This document shows, in pieces, positions 36,559 to 46,700 of a stretch of DNA of 53,516 nt. The notes beneath the pieces were generated by a model that made no database searches, was not told where the DNA came from, and saw nothing but the letters and a program-made list of their open reading frames with translations. Positions within the stretch are counted from its first letter, which is position 1, and each line of letters starts with the position of its first letter. The position numbers and the translations under genes were made by a program. The DNA comes from a virus (taxonomy: Duplodnaviria > Caudoviricetes): positions 1 to 53,516 of the IMG/VR virus record IMGVR_UViG_3300027743_000007; one strand, given 5' to 3'.

Positions 36559-36869
36559 GGGTCCAGGTCGCTCATCCCCCGCATCACGGCCGTGGCGACC
36601 TGGGCCAGCAGCGCCGTGTCAACCGAGTCCTCGACGTGCTCGCGCAGGCGGTCCCGCTCGTCGGGTACGACCGCGGCCACCACGAGGTCGATCAGCGCGT
36701 CAACCTGCTCGGGCGTGCCGCCGCCTCGCTCGGCCGCCTCGATCATCTGGCGCTTGCCGAGCATTGCCCGCATGGCCCGCATCCCGATCGGCTGCATGTG
36801 GTACTCCACGCCTTGAAGCTCCAGCACGTCGCCCTCGTCCATGGCCTTGCCGAACACGTATCGCGCCAT
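36447..36869 (-). CDS. Tail assembly chaperone
   Basis: Position upstream of the tape measure gene; DPT followed by a Ser/Thr tail. Confidence 0.75.
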   Translation of the reverse strand: MARYVFGKAMDEGDVLELQGVEYHMQPIGMRAMRAMLGKRQMIEAAERGGGTPEQVDALIDLVVAAVVPDERDRLREHVEDSVDTALLAQVATAVMRGMSDLDPTQPMSSSNGSLPTGATLTAGAAPTPSIPLTSPSDVS

Positions 36870-36880
36870 GAGCGCGGACG

Positions 36881-37279
36881 TTAGCGGGCGGCGGTGATCG
36901 CGTTGCGGAGGTAGGGCACGGCCTTGGTGCGCCCGGCCCGGCGGGCGAAGACGTACCCGGTGCGGGTGCTGCGGCCGGCGCCGGCGGGCCAGCGAAGGTA
37001 GCGGCCCCGGTGCGGGGTGACCTCGCGGCGGCCCTGGTGCACGAACAGCGCGTACGGCACGTTGGTGCCGATCCGCACGGCCTGCTCGCCGGCGACGGTG
37101 AAGTGCTGCTCGCGCAGGCTGGCCTTGAGCGCGCCGGTGCGCTGGGGCGCCAGCCGGCGGGCCGCTTGCTCTACCCGGGCGCCGCGCCGGTCAAGGTCCC
37201 GACCAACCGGGCCGCTCGGGGCCCGCAGCAGGTTGTCGAGCGCGCTGCGGTTCCACGTCACGGTGACTTGATCGGCCAC
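36881..37279 (-). CDS. HK97 gp10-like neck/tail completion protein
   Basis: AP..TG.L..S, YA.FVH.G and PYL..A motifs. Confidence 0.75.
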   Translation of the reverse strand: MADQVTVTWNRSALDNLLRAPSGPVGRDLDRRGARVEQAARRLAPQRTGALKASLREQHFTVAGEQAVRIGTNVPYALFVHQGRREVTPHRGRYLRWPAGAGRSTRTGYVFARRAGRTKAVPYLRNAITAAR

Positions 37280-37372
37280 CTACGGGCGCCGGCGAGGAAT
37301 CAGGCCGGCGAGGTAGGCCAGCGCGATGACGCCCACCTCTACGACGAGGATCCACGCCTGGGTCTCGGTCAT
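37280..37372 (-). CDS. 30-aa membrane peptide
   Basis: Not in the ORF track; MTETQAWILVVEVGVIALAYLAGLIPRRRP fills the intergenic gap. Confidence 0.45.
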   Translation of the reverse strand: MTETQAWILVVEVGVIALAYLAGLIPRRRP

Positions 37373-37382
37373 CGCTACCACC

Positions 37383-37907
37383 TTACGGCGCGCACTCGGC
37401 GCACCACAGCTCGCCGTCCACGCCCACGGTCAGTCGGGTCTCGACGCCGATGCAGCCGCCCTCGGCGCCCACGAAGGTCTGGGACTCGTTGGCCCGCTCC
37501 CACCAGTCGGGCAGCTCGGCGGTCGCCAGCACGTCCCAGATGACGGCGGCGTCGTTCAGGATTGCCGAGTAGGCCGCGCCCAGCTCGAGGTCGTCGGGCA
37601 CCGAGCCGTCGTCTTCGATCACCGGCACGCACCGCAGCAGCAGCGCCACGACGTCGAGCGCGATCAGCCCGTCGTAGCAGCCGTTCTCGTCGGGCCCCTC
37701 GGTCGGGAAGCGCGCCGTGCGGTACACGCGCTCGGGCGCGACGACGAGCTGGCCGCAGCAGTTGTCCCACGCCACGGAGCCGGCGGCCACATAGGCGGTC
37801 TGCACGTCACGGTCGCACACGACGAGCGCGTCACGTACCCGGCCGAGCAGTAGGGCGCACACGTCGGCCGGCGTCACCGTCGTGGTCGCCGGCGCGGTGA
37901 GGGTCAC
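37383..37907 (-). CDS. Putative tail terminator/head-tail protein
   Basis: WD.C.GQL, LRC.P and GGC.G motifs; synteny. Confidence 0.6.
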   Translation of the reverse strand: MTLTAPATTTVTPADVCALLLGRVRDALVVCDRDVQTAYVAAGSVAWDNCCGQLVVAPERVYRTARFPTEGPDENGCYDGLIALDVVALLLRCVPVIEDDGSVPDDLELGAAYSAILNDAAVIWDVLATAELPDWWERANESQTFVGAEGGCIGVETRLTVGVDGELWCAECAP

Positions 37908-37908
37908 G

Positions 37909-38601
37909 TCAGGCCCGCGTGGCCAGGTCGGGCGAGTAGACGCGGCTCGGGCGGCTCAGGCCCGTGGGGTTGACCACGCTGAGCCAGGCGTCAGCGATGG
38001 GGAGCCCGAGCCGGCCCGAGCGCACGAACGTAGCCGGGTCGGCCAGCTGCACGGTGACGCCCTGGCGGGCGATGGACACGGCGCGGCTCGGTAGCTTGCA
38101 CACCTTGTTCGTGAAGCCAGCGATGAACTCGCACGCCACCTCGCCCATGGCGGCGGCGGTGCCGTCGGGCAGGCTGTTGCCGGCCTTGTAGGTCACCTCG
38201 ACCGGCGGGTCGTCGCACTCGCCGGCGCACGGCCAGCACGTCCCGCGCCGGCGCAGCCACGCCGCTGCCTCCACGTCGTAGCTGGCGGGGTCGAGCGCCG
38301 CGCCGTCGAGTGTGACCGCCGTGATCTCGCGCACCGGGCGGTGGGCCAGCAGGATGCGGCAGCACATCGCCGGCAAGCCGGCCCGGTTGTGCCAGCCGGC
38401 GGCGTCGTGGAACGGTACGACGCAGCAGCCCGGGCACGAGCACGACGGGCGGTAGCGCTCGGTCCACGTGCAGATGCCGAGGCGCCGGCCGCCCATCGCC
38501 CACAGCAAGCTCTGGGCGGCGTCGAGCGCCAAGGTCACCAGCAACGGGTCCACGTCGGCGGTGTCGCACGGCCAGGAGACCGGCCAGGGCTCGCAAGTCA
38601 T
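37909..38601 (-). CDS. Head-to-tail adaptor
   Basis: C.LP.R..S..RQGV and G....D.W...VNP motifs. Confidence 0.7.
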   Translation of the reverse strand: MTCEPWPVSWPCDTADVDPLLVTLALDAAQSLLWAMGGRRLGICTWTERYRPSCSCPGCCVVPFHDAAGWHNRAGLPAMCCRILLAHRPVREITAVTLDGAALDPASYDVEAAAWLRRRGTCWPCAGECDDPPVEVTYKAGNSLPDGTAAAMGEVACEFIAGFTNKVCKLPSRAVSIARQGVTVQLADPATFVRSGRLGLPIADAWLSVVNPTGLSRPSRVYSPDLATRA

Positions 38602-38608
38602 CGGGGCC

Positions 38609-39037
38609 CTACGGGGTGAAGGCGGTCAGCCAGTCGATGAGCGTGACCCGAGCTTGCCCCGCCTGTTCCTCGGCCAGGATGCGGTCGCGCTCGTCGGGAT
38701 GGGCGGTCACGTAGTCCTTGACCTGTTGCACGGTGGCCGCGTTCGGGTCGGCCCCGACCTCGAGCGTGGCGAGCCCCGAGACCCACGCCGCGCCGTCCCA
38801 GTGGGCCTGCCCGGCCGCGCCGGCGGTGGCGGTCTGCACGTACTCGCCCGTGGTCCACGCGGTGGCCGGCGAGGCGGCCACGCTGCCCGCGGCCAGCGCG
38901 GCGACCGACGCGGGCGGCGTCGAGCCCGGCGGCGTCCACGTCCCCGGCGCGCCGGCGGTCGCGCCGGTGGCGGGCACGACCGGCGCCGTCGGCGCGCCGC
39001 CTTGCAAGATGTTGCTCATGTCGCCGGCGATGCCCAT
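38609..39037 (-). CDS. Virion decoration-like protein
   Basis: Shares a ~65-aa module with the tail tube C-terminus. Confidence 0.6.
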   Translation of the reverse strand: MGIAGDMSNILQGGAPTAPVVPATGATAGAPGTWTPPGSTPPASVAALAAGSVAASPATAWTTGEYVQTATAGAAGQAHWDGAAWVSGLATLEVGADPNAATVQQVKDYVTAHPDERDRILAEEQAGQARVTLIDWLTAFTP

Positions 39038-39097
39038 GCGGCGCCCCTTTCGTCGTGGCGGTCCTGCGAAGCTGCGGCTCGCTGGCACGAGCGCAGC

Positions 39098-39994
39098 CTA
39101 GGTAGCCCGACCGGCCGTCCAGGCGGACCCGTTCCAGTACATCTCGCCGGCCACGCCCGACGTGGAGCCCTGCACGTACTGGTCCGTCGTCCATGCCGTT
39201 GCCGGGCTGGCGGTGACGCCGGCAGAGGTAGCGCCGGCCGAGTCAGCCGGCGGCGTCGAGCCGCTCGGCGTCCAGGTGCCAGGTGAGCCGGCGGTGGCGC
39301 CGGTGGCGGCGGTGGGCGCGGCGCCGAGCGCTTCGCAGCCGTCGGTCACGTCGGGCGGCGCCGTGGTCGTGATGAAGATGCCGTACAGGTCGTCGGGCGG
39401 GAAGGTCGCGCCGGCGGGGAACGGCGAAGGGTCGTAGGGCCCGTCGAGCCAGCCCTCGCTGGCGCCCTGGCCCTCGCCCTTGAGCCCCATGGTCAGCGGC
39501 CCGTTCTCGATGGTGATGTCGCCGTCGATTGACCCGTTGGTCACGTTCGGTACGGCGAAGTAGCCCCACTCGGCCGCGCCTGAGCCGGGGTCGCAAGCGG
39601 ACGAGCCGGCCTTCTTCGTCCACACCTCGATGGCGAAGCTGTTCGGGTTCGGGTCACGCCCGAAGGTGGCGCCGATGGTGTTGCCCTGGCCGTCCACGAC
39701 CGGCGTGGCGCCGCCAACGAGGTCGAGCACCTCGGGGTCCACCTCGCACATCTGGATGGCGACGTTCACCCACTTGCGCCGGTCGGCGTCCTTCTCGGCA
39801 ATGCAGAAGTCGCCCCACGCGTTCTTCTGGGTGTATTCCTCGCCGGCCTCCACCTCGTCGCTGAGCGTCACCGAGATGAACCCGTCGGTCACGATGGTGC
39901 CGCACTCGTCGCCGTAGGCGGGGTTGCCGCATTCGTCCAGGCGGGTGAGCCGCATGACCCGGCCCTTGACTGACTTGATCTTGCGAGTTGCCAT
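39098..39994 (-). CDS. Major tail (tube) protein
   Basis: R.TRLD.CG, NA.G..C and FA.E.W motifs; synteny. Confidence 0.8.
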   Translation of the reverse strand: MATRKIKSVKGRVMRLTRLDECGNPAYGDECGTIVTDGFISVTLSDEVEAGEEYTQKNAWGDFCIAEKDADRRKWVNVAIQMCEVDPEVLDLVGGATPVVDGQGNTIGATFGRDPNPNSFAIEVWTKKAGSSACDPGSGAAEWGYFAVPNVTNGSIDGDITIENGPLTMGLKGEGQGASEGWLDGPYDPSPFPAGATFPPDDLYGIFITTTAPPDVTDGCEALGAAPTAATGATAGSPGTWTPSGSTPPADSAGATSAGVTASPATAWTTDQYVQGSTSGVAGEMYWNGSAWTAGRAT

Positions 39995-40770
39995 TACGGC
40001 CCTCCCAGCGTGGCGGTGGTTCTGACGGCGGCGCAGTCCCAGCCGGCGACGTAGGTGCGCTCGGCAATGAACAGGGCGTCGTTGACCTGGCGGTCGAAGC
40101 CCTCGAGGACCTCCCGGGCGCCCCGCCGTACGACCAGCGCGCCGGTGGCGACGTACTCGACCTCGGTGTTGGCCGGCGCCGCGCCCACGTACCCGGCGCC
40201 GACGACAACCGGCGTGCCGAGCATGGTGACGAGGTGGTTGCCCTCGACCCGCAGCCGGTCGGCCACCAGGGTCGCCCCGAGGCTGTCGGTGTGGATGGCC
40301 CCGATGCCGTTGTAGCGGTTGCGCAGCTCGCGTTCGGCGACGCCGAGCGCGATCAGCGGATCGGTGAAGGTGCCGGCGTCGGTGGCGAGGGCGTCGAATT
40401 CGCTGTTCCACACGAACGACTCGACGCCTCGTTCCTCGGCGGCGTTGAAGGCGGCCTCAACCTCGGCCAGAACCACGTCGAGCGGGATGCCCGAGCGGTT
40501 GAGGTACACGTACACGGTGAAGGGCTTGAACGCCTTGAGGTCTGGGCAGCCGAGGTCCACCTTCGGCGAGACCGCCGTGCCCGAGATGCACGGGTCGAGG
40601 GTGTACGCGGCCGTGACGCAGCCGGGCGAGCGCCGCCACTGGATACCGAGCTGCCAGTCGGTCGTGTCGGGCTCGCTCGGCGGCGCGACTGAGAAGAGCC
40701 CGAAAGGCCGGTCAACGACCGGCGGCGGCTCAACGTTGACCCACACGTCGGCGGTGGTCACGTCGCTCAT
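39994..40770 (-). CDS. Second capsid protein (pentamer-type)
   Basis: GLFSVA, PFTVY, T.LGTPVV.GAGY and AERTY motifs; directly after the major capsid gene. Confidence 0.6.
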   Translation of the reverse strand: MSDVTTADVWVNVEPPPVVDRPFGLFSVAPPSEPDTTDWQLGIQWRRSPGCVTAAYTLDPCISGTAVSPKVDLGCPDLKAFKPFTVYVYLNRSGIPLDVVLAEVEAAFNAAEERGVESFVWNSEFDALATDAGTFTDPLIALGVAERELRNRYNGIGAIHTDSLGATLVADRLRVEGNHLVTMLGTPVVVGAGYVGAAPANTEVEYVATGALVVRRGAREVLEGFDRQVNDALFIAERTYVAGWDCAAVRTTATLGGP

Positions 40771-40802
40771 CTGGCTACCTCGGTGCCCTTAGCTCCCGTT
40801 GC

Positions 40803-42431
40803 TCACGGCGCCGCGGCGGCGCAGCAGGCCGTCACGCCGTCCACGTCGAGGTCCACGGTCACCTCACGGGCGAGCGGGCCCCGGCGGATGACGCAGAACC
40901 ATTCCTCGCTCCACGCCAGCGTGAAGTCGTTGGCGGCGTTGAGCACCGAGTCCCGCACGACGCCGAGGTCGATCTCACCGGCCGAGGTCACGGCGTAGGC
41001 GCCCGAGAAGAACATCGCGAACTTCAACGTGGCCGGCCAGTCGGTCGCCGGCGCCGAGCCGTAGAGCGGCTGGTAGCCGCTGAGGAACTGCGGGCGGATG
41101 CCCCGGGTGGTCAGCCAGCTGGTGATCTCGGCGTCGGTGACCGACAGCAGGTCCACGCCGGCGCGCTTGGCAACGTTGGCCCGCAGCATCTCGATGGTCC
41201 AGTCGGGCAGCGCCACGTCCACTGAACGGGTGCGCCCGGCGCGGTACTGGCTGCGCAAGTCGGCCGCCTGCAGGCCGATGGCCGACAGCAGGTCGCCGGC
41301 GGCGTCGGAGTTCTCGCTGCCGTAGGCCACCGCCGTCGCGCCGGTCGTGACCGCGGCGATCTTGACCTGGCTGACCCGGTGCTCGTGGGCCGCCATCACG
41401 AGGTCCACGAAGGTGCGCGACAGCTGCGGGAACGCCCGGTCCTGCATGTTGCCCGAGATCACGCACAGGCCGTAGGCCGTCGGGCGACACTCGGTCCACG
41501 TCGGGCAGGGCACCCGGTAGCACGGCTTGGTGGGGTCGCCGTCAACCGCCGAGATGTCGTCGGCCTCGGTCCACGTCCACAGCGCGTTGTCGGCGTCGGC
41601 CTGGCTGAAATAGCTGGGCACGAGCACGCCACCGCCCTGCGGCGCGCCCACGGTCGGCAGGTCGAACAGGCCCTCGGTGTCGTTGATCGAGAACAGGTCG
41701 AACAGCGGCACCGACGGCGCACACCAGCCGCCCGAGGCGACGAGGGACACGGCGGTCGGCTCACCGACGACCCGCTCCATCAGCGCGGCGTTGTGAGCGC
41801 TTGACTCGTTGAGCCACTGGTCGGCGGGGATCGGCCGCTGCACCCGGGCGACGGGCACCATGGCCGAGTGATCGTTCAGACCCCGGGCCTTGTCGTGGAA
41901 CGCCTGGCCGATGCGGTCGGCCCCGATGGGCGCGCCCACCGGGATGCCGGGAATGTCGGCGGCGGCGGTGATGACGACGGGCAGCGTCGGCGGCGCAACC
42001 GTCGGTCGGGTCGCTCGGCCGGCCACGGCCCGGGCGGTCGGGCGCCGGCGCGCCGAGGCGGCGACGGCGGCCACGGGCTCGGCCTCGGCGGCGACGGGCT
42101 CACGCTCCTGCGCCTCGGGCTCGGCCTCGGGCTCGTCGGGCTCAGCCTCGGGCTCGTCGGGCTCGTCGGGCTCTTCGCCGGGCTCGGGCTCTTCGGTTGA
42201 GCCGTGCACCCGCTCGGTGAGGGCCTGAACCTGCTCCTGCTCGCGCTCGGCGGCCTCGACGCGCCCGGCCTGCTCGGCCCGCACGGCGTCGATCCCGTCG
42301 GCCAGCCGAGTCAGCTCGGCAAGGTCCCGGCTGCCGTCCTCGTTCAGCTGGTCGAAGGCGGCGACCAGCTGTTCCTCCAAGCTGTTCAGCTCGTCATCGC
42401 TGAGCTGGCTCAGGTCCTCGGGAATGTCCAT
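40803..42431 (-). CDS. Major capsid protein with N-terminal scaffold-like region
   Basis: Acidic coiled N-terminus; ASGGWCAPS, KPC..VPCP and DS.L...ND motifs. Confidence 0.8.
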   Translation of the reverse strand: MDIPEDLSQLSDDELNSLEEQLVAAFDQLNEDGSRDLAELTRLADGIDAVRAEQAGRVEAAEREQEQVQALTERVHGSTEEPEPGEEPDEPDEPEAEPDEPEAEPEAQEREPVAAEAEPVAAVAASARRRPTARAVAGRATRPTVAPPTLPVVITAAADIPGIPVGAPIGADRIGQAFHDKARGLNDHSAMVPVARVQRPIPADQWLNESSAHNAALMERVVGEPTAVSLVASGGWCAPSVPLFDLFSINDTEGLFDLPTVGAPQGGGVLVPSYFSQADADNALWTWTEADDISAVDGDPTKPCYRVPCPTWTECRPTAYGLCVISGNMQDRAFPQLSRTFVDLVMAAHEHRVSQVKIAAVTTGATAVAYGSENSDAAGDLLSAIGLQAADLRSQYRAGRTRSVDVALPDWTIEMLRANVAKRAGVDLLSVTDAEITSWLTTRGIRPQFLSGYQPLYGSAPATDWPATLKFAMFFSGAYAVTSAGEIDLGVVRDSVLNAANDFTLAWSEEWFCVIRRGPLAREVTVDLDVDGVTACCAAAAP

Positions 42432-42682
42432 CGGTGCTCCCTAGATGTCGGAACTACTAGGTGCGACCGAGACATCAGCCCGGAACGCCCGACCTCAGTC
42501 ATCAGCAGTCGGTCGGTTCGGGCGGGAACAGTACCACGGGGGTGTCAGCGCGGTGTGCATACCGAGCGCTCACGGGCCCTGTGCCGTTTGCCCGCCGTCA
42601 CCGTGGGCCCGAGCGCCGTGCGGCGCCGCTGGGCCTCAAATTTCGGCTGTGTGCAAGCTCTGGCTAGACCGCCGGCGCGGCG

Positions 42683-42895
42683 TCAGAGCGAGCGCACCGC
42701 GCCGCCGGTGCGCCGGGCGTAGTCCTGGGCGGCGATCAGCGTTGAGAACCTCTTGGGCCGCCGGCCCTGGCGCTCGACGGCGTAGGCCGGCCGGGCGGCG
42801 GCCAGTAGCGCTCGGCGCTCGGCGGCATCGGGTTGCGCCGGCGCCCGGCGTACGTCGCCGCTGCGCGACTGGCCGCAATGGCCGCAGCGAGCCAT
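42683..42895 (-). CDS. Small head-region protein
   Basis: N-terminal CGHCG; ends GG.VR. Confidence 0.5.
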   Translation of the reverse strand: MARCGHCGQSRSGDVRRAPAQPDAAERRALLAAARPAYAVERQGRRPKRFSTLIAAQDYARRTGGAVRSL

Positions 42896-44673
42896 CACCC
42901 GGCGTGCACTCGGGCCGCCAGCTCGGCCCTGCGCTGGTCAAGTGACCGCCCGATGGAGGCGGCGAGGCGGTCACGAACGAGGTCGATCACCGACGCCGCG
43001 ACGGGGAACGGCTGGTCGATGGGCGTCGAGATGATGGCCGAGGCGACGAGCGCGCCGTCCATGCGGAAGCTGTAGCGCGGCGTCACGTAGCCGGGCACGT
43101 TGACAAGGTGGACGTTGATGAGGTCGAGGTCGCGCCCGAAGCCCCGGCAGTCGATTGACGGCGGCGTGCCCATGACGACGCGCAGCTGCTCAGGGCTCAC
43201 GCCCGGGCGCAGCGCGCCGGCAACCCAGATGCCGTGCGCGTCCTCGCCGGCGGCCACGTCGGCCACCGCCAGCGCACAGTCCTCGTAGTGGGCGACGGCC
43301 TCGGCGGCCCGCATGCTGCGGGCGGCGTGAAGCCCGCCGACGGTGATGCGGCCCGTGGCCACCCGCGAGCCGTCGGCGCAGCGAACCTCGCCGGTGCGAT
43401 AGCGGGCATAGTTGCTCGGGCTGTGCGGCGGCATGAGGCAGGCGCCGTCGTAGCCGATGTGGCAGGTGCCCCACGTGGCGACGTGGCCCGACACGTGGCC
43501 GCTGTCGCTCACGGTCAGAGGCATCGCTTGGGAGAACCTCGGGTCATCGAACCAGCTCGCCGGCGGCTCGACGGGTACCTCGACGGCGGCCGAGGCGAGC
43601 ACGGCGAAGTTCGGCTCGGGCGGCTCCATGTCGGCGTCGCGGTAGTGGGCGGCGAGGTGGTCGTACACGCCTTGGCGGTCGTCGGTCGGGATGCCGAGGT
43701 CCACGCCCGGCCCGGCGCCGCGCCCGCCGTTGAGCGCGGCCATGGCGGCGGCGACCCCGCGCATGTTGGCGACCCCGGGCGCGCCGGCGTCGCTCACCAT
43801 GTGGTGCGGCAGCTTGCAATTGGCCTTGGCGATCTCGCCGTTCTCCACCGAGTCGTCATCGAACCAGGCGTACATGGCCCGGGCCCGGTCGAGCGGCATG
43901 GGCGAGGCGAGCTTGGCCTGCTCGGCCGCGCCGTCCCACGCCTCGTCGGTGGTCGTGCCGGTGTGGTGCACCGCCACCGCGCCGAAGGGCTCGCGGGCGG
44001 CGACGGCCAGAACCTCGATCAGCGTGCCGTCAAGTGCCGGGAACGGCACCGCCGTCGCGCCGAGGACCTCGCCCTCGGTGACCCGCTGAACGATGCGCCC
44101 GACGCCGATGGTGACGACGCCCTCGCCCTCGGTGATCTCGTCGTCGTACAGGTCAACCTCGAACTCGGTGGCGGCGGCGTCCACCGACACGGTGGGTAGC
44201 TCGCCGGCGCGGATGAGCGTGATCAGGTAGGCGGCGTCCTCGTCGGGCGCCTCGATGAAGTCGCCCCACCCGTGTATCTCTGCGCCTCGGCGCTCCACCC
44301 GCTCGATGTTGCCCACGAGCTTGGCGCCCTTGGCGACGGTGCCGTCGCCGTGTGGCGACTCATCGGTCGCCATGAACGGCAGCGGCGGCTCACGCCAGGT
44401 GAGTGAGTTCTCGGTGAACAGGCGGTCGTCGCACGTGTACACGCCCTCAGTGACGATCAGCGTGTGGAAGCTGTTGCCGCTCGCCTCGACCGCCGGCTCG
44501 GCGGCGGGCTCGTCGCCGGCGTCGTCCTCGGCGGCGTTCAGCTCGTCCAGCTGCGCGTTGGCCTCGTCCTCGGTGGCGTGACAGCCCTCGACCTCGCCGG
44601 TGTCGTCGTTGACCACCGCCCACGGGCGGTCATCGGGGCAACCCTCGTGCCCTTCTTCGGTATGCCAGGGCAT
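42895..44673 (-). CDS. Putative capsid maturation protease
   Basis: Between portal and capsid genes; GH.A.WG.CH and ED..GIW.AG motifs. Confidence 0.7.
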   Translation of the reverse strand: MPWHTEEGHEGCPDDRPWAVVNDDTGEVEGCHATEDEANAQLDELNAAEDDAGDEPAAEPAVEASGNSFHTLIVTEGVYTCDDRLFTENSLTWREPPLPFMATDESPHGDGTVAKGAKLVGNIERVERRGAEIHGWGDFIEAPDEDAAYLITLIRAGELPTVSVDAAATEFEVDLYDDEITEGEGVVTIGVGRIVQRVTEGEVLGATAVPFPALDGTLIEVLAVAAREPFGAVAVHHTGTTTDEAWDGAAEQAKLASPMPLDRARAMYAWFDDDSVENGEIAKANCKLPHHMVSDAGAPGVANMRGVAAAMAALNGGRGAGPGVDLGIPTDDRQGVYDHLAAHYRDADMEPPEPNFAVLASAAVEVPVEPPASWFDDPRFSQAMPLTVSDSGHVSGHVATWGTCHIGYDGACLMPPHSPSNYARYRTGEVRCADGSRVATGRITVGGLHAARSMRAAEAVAHYEDCALAVADVAAGEDAHGIWVAGALRPGVSPEQLRVVMGTPPSIDCRGFGRDLDLINVHLVNVPGYVTPRYSFRMDGALVASAIISTPIDQPFPVAASVIDLVRDRLAASIGRSLDQRRAELAARVHAG

Positions 44674-44717
44674 CGGGCGGCAACGCTAGCCCGTGCCCGC
44701 CGGCGCGCCGTTCATGC

Positions 44718-46679
44718 TCACGCGTGAACCGACAGCCCGAGAGCGTCGGCCAGGCGGTCGGTGTCATGAGCGTGCCCGGTCGCCAGCAGGGCCCGGGTGT
44801 ACGTGTCGAGCGTGACGGTCAGCGCATCGGGGTCCAGACCGAGGCGCACGGCCACGTCGGGCACGCGGGTCCACGCGTTGGCGAGCAGGTGGTCGATGGA
44901 GGCGAAGCCAGTCACGCCTTGGAGCTCCACGTGCAAGCGCGCCGGATCGTCGCACTCGATGGCCGACGTGCCGCCGGCGAGCTTGCGGGCGGCCGAGCTG
45001 CGTAGCCGGGTGCCGGCCCGCTCGAGCGCCCGGTGCACCAGGGCGTCGCACGCCTCCAACATGACCGCGCTGGCCTCGCCGTTGGCCGGCTGGTCGGGCG
45101 GCCCGTCGGCGGGCTGGTCGGGCGCGCCCGGCGGCGGGATCGGCCAGGCGCCCTCGCCGGCGTCGCCCGGCGGCGTCACGACGTCGATGCCGACCGCCCG
45201 AAGCAGCTGGGTCGTCAGCAACGGTTGCGCCTTGGCAATCTCGACCAGGATGCGCCGGCGCACCTCGGCATCGTCGGGCGCGTCGGCCTCGCTCAGCCCG
45301 GCCTCGCGCCGTAGCGCGGCGCCGCTGGCCTCGATGCGGTCGTAGGCGGCGATGGTGTCGTCGGAGCGGTCGGGCCGCGTGGTGAGGTCGGTGGTGTCGT
45401 ACCACACGAGCAGCCGGTCGGCCTCGGCCCCGAAGCCCATCGCCCGCAGCGCCGGCCGTAGGTAGCCCATGGTGCTGGCGTGCACGATGGTCTCGGCCAT
45501 CGGCTCGATGTGAAGCGTGACCGCCGACTCCTGAACCTGCCAGGCCGTCCAGTGGTTCACGTCGGCCACGCCGGTCAGCGCCTCGGGCGGCATGTCGAGC
45601 CCGAGCGCCAGCCGCTCGACGGCGGCCTCCCGCAGCGGTAGCAGCGCTTCGGAGAAGTCGCTCCAGAACGTGATGTGCTTGACCTTGTCGGCGTACTCGC
45701 CGGGGATGCGCACGGTCAGCGGCACGACCGCGGCGGCCGAGGCTCGGTCACCGATGGGCACGGTCATGGCGGTCACGAGCACGTCCACGAAGTCGTCCTC
45801 GGTCGGCTCGCTCTCGTCGTCGTCGGCCGGCGCCGTGCTCGGCAGCGGCACGAACTCGGCCTCGGCCGGCAGCACCAGCAGCCCGGCGCCGGCGAGGCGG
45901 CTCTGCGCGGTCGCTGACACGTGGGCGTCAAGCAGGCTGATCTGGGTGAGCACCGTGGTGACCGCCCGGCACGGGCTGTCGGGCTGCCACGAGTAGCGCG
46001 GGTGAGGGTTCCAGACCTTGACGAGCACGAAGTCCTCGTGAAGCTCACGCCAGTCGCCAATGCCGCACTGAACCTCGTACACGCCGCGCTCGGCGCGCAG
46101 CTCGTCGGCCGACAGCACTTGCCAGACCCACGTTTCGTCGGGCTCGGGCTCCCGCGCCGCCTCGTCGTCGCCGTTGGGCAGCGGCGGCGGCGTGATGTCG
46201 ATGACCGCGCCGGTCGCCACCATCGCCGGCTCCATCAAGATGTAGCCGATGCCGGGCACGCTGAGCAGCGTGGCGAGGTGGGCGAGCATCTGGCCCTGGC
46301 CCGAGGGCCCGCCGGCCATGGCGGCCACGAGGTCGAGCGCGGCGGCCTCGGCCGGCGCCAGCGCCTCGCCGTCGGCCGGCGGCAGTATCTCGTCGGGCTC
46401 GTCGCCAAGGTGCTCGGGCACCCGGGCGGCGATCAGGTTGACCCGGCTCATGCCGTTGGCCTTCCACTGCACGCCGAAGCGAAGCTCGCCCACCGAGTCG
46501 AAGAACTCCCACGCCCGGGCTTGCCAGTCCTCGGTCGGCGCCTGGCGGCGCAGCCCCTCGGGGCGATGGGTCATCACGGATGCCGACGCCACCATCGAGG
46601 CTCGGAACGGGGTCGTCGGGCGCCGGCGAAGGGCCACGAGCGGCAGCGTAGACCTCGGGCTCGCTAGGGTCGCGGCCAT
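44718..46679 (-). CDS. Portal protein
   Basis: WQ..AW..FD.VGEL, SRLAGAG and RLA.GLD.PPE.L.G..NHW motifs. Confidence 0.85.
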   Translation of the reverse strand: MAATLASPRSTLPLVALRRRPTTPFRASMVASASVMTHRPEGLRRQAPTEDWQARAWEFFDSVGELRFGVQWKANGMSRVNLIAARVPEHLGDEPDEILPPADGEALAPAEAAALDLVAAMAGGPSGQGQMLAHLATLLSVPGIGYILMEPAMVATGAVIDITPPPLPNGDDEAAREPEPDETWVWQVLSADELRAERGVYEVQCGIGDWRELHEDFVLVKVWNPHPRYSWQPDSPCRAVTTVLTQISLLDAHVSATAQSRLAGAGLLVLPAEAEFVPLPSTAPADDDESEPTEDDFVDVLVTAMTVPIGDRASAAAVVPLTVRIPGEYADKVKHITFWSDFSEALLPLREAAVERLALGLDMPPEALTGVADVNHWTAWQVQESAVTLHIEPMAETIVHASTMGYLRPALRAMGFGAEADRLLVWYDTTDLTTRPDRSDDTIAAYDRIEASGAALRREAGLSEADAPDDAEVRRRILVEIAKAQPLLTTQLLRAVGIDVVTPPGDAGEGAWPIPPPGAPDQPADGPPDQPANGEASAVMLEACDALVHRALERAGTRLRSSAARKLAGGTSAIECDDPARLHVELQGVTGFASIDHLLANAWTRVPDVAVRLGLDPDALTVTLDTYTRALLATGHAHDTDRLADALGLSVHA

Positions 46680-46700
46680 GACGCGAGCTAGCGGCGCGTC

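Noticed and set aside
42060-42200. Short tandem repeats (gggctcgtc)
   Set aside because: They encode the EPDE/EPEA linker of the capsid N-terminal region
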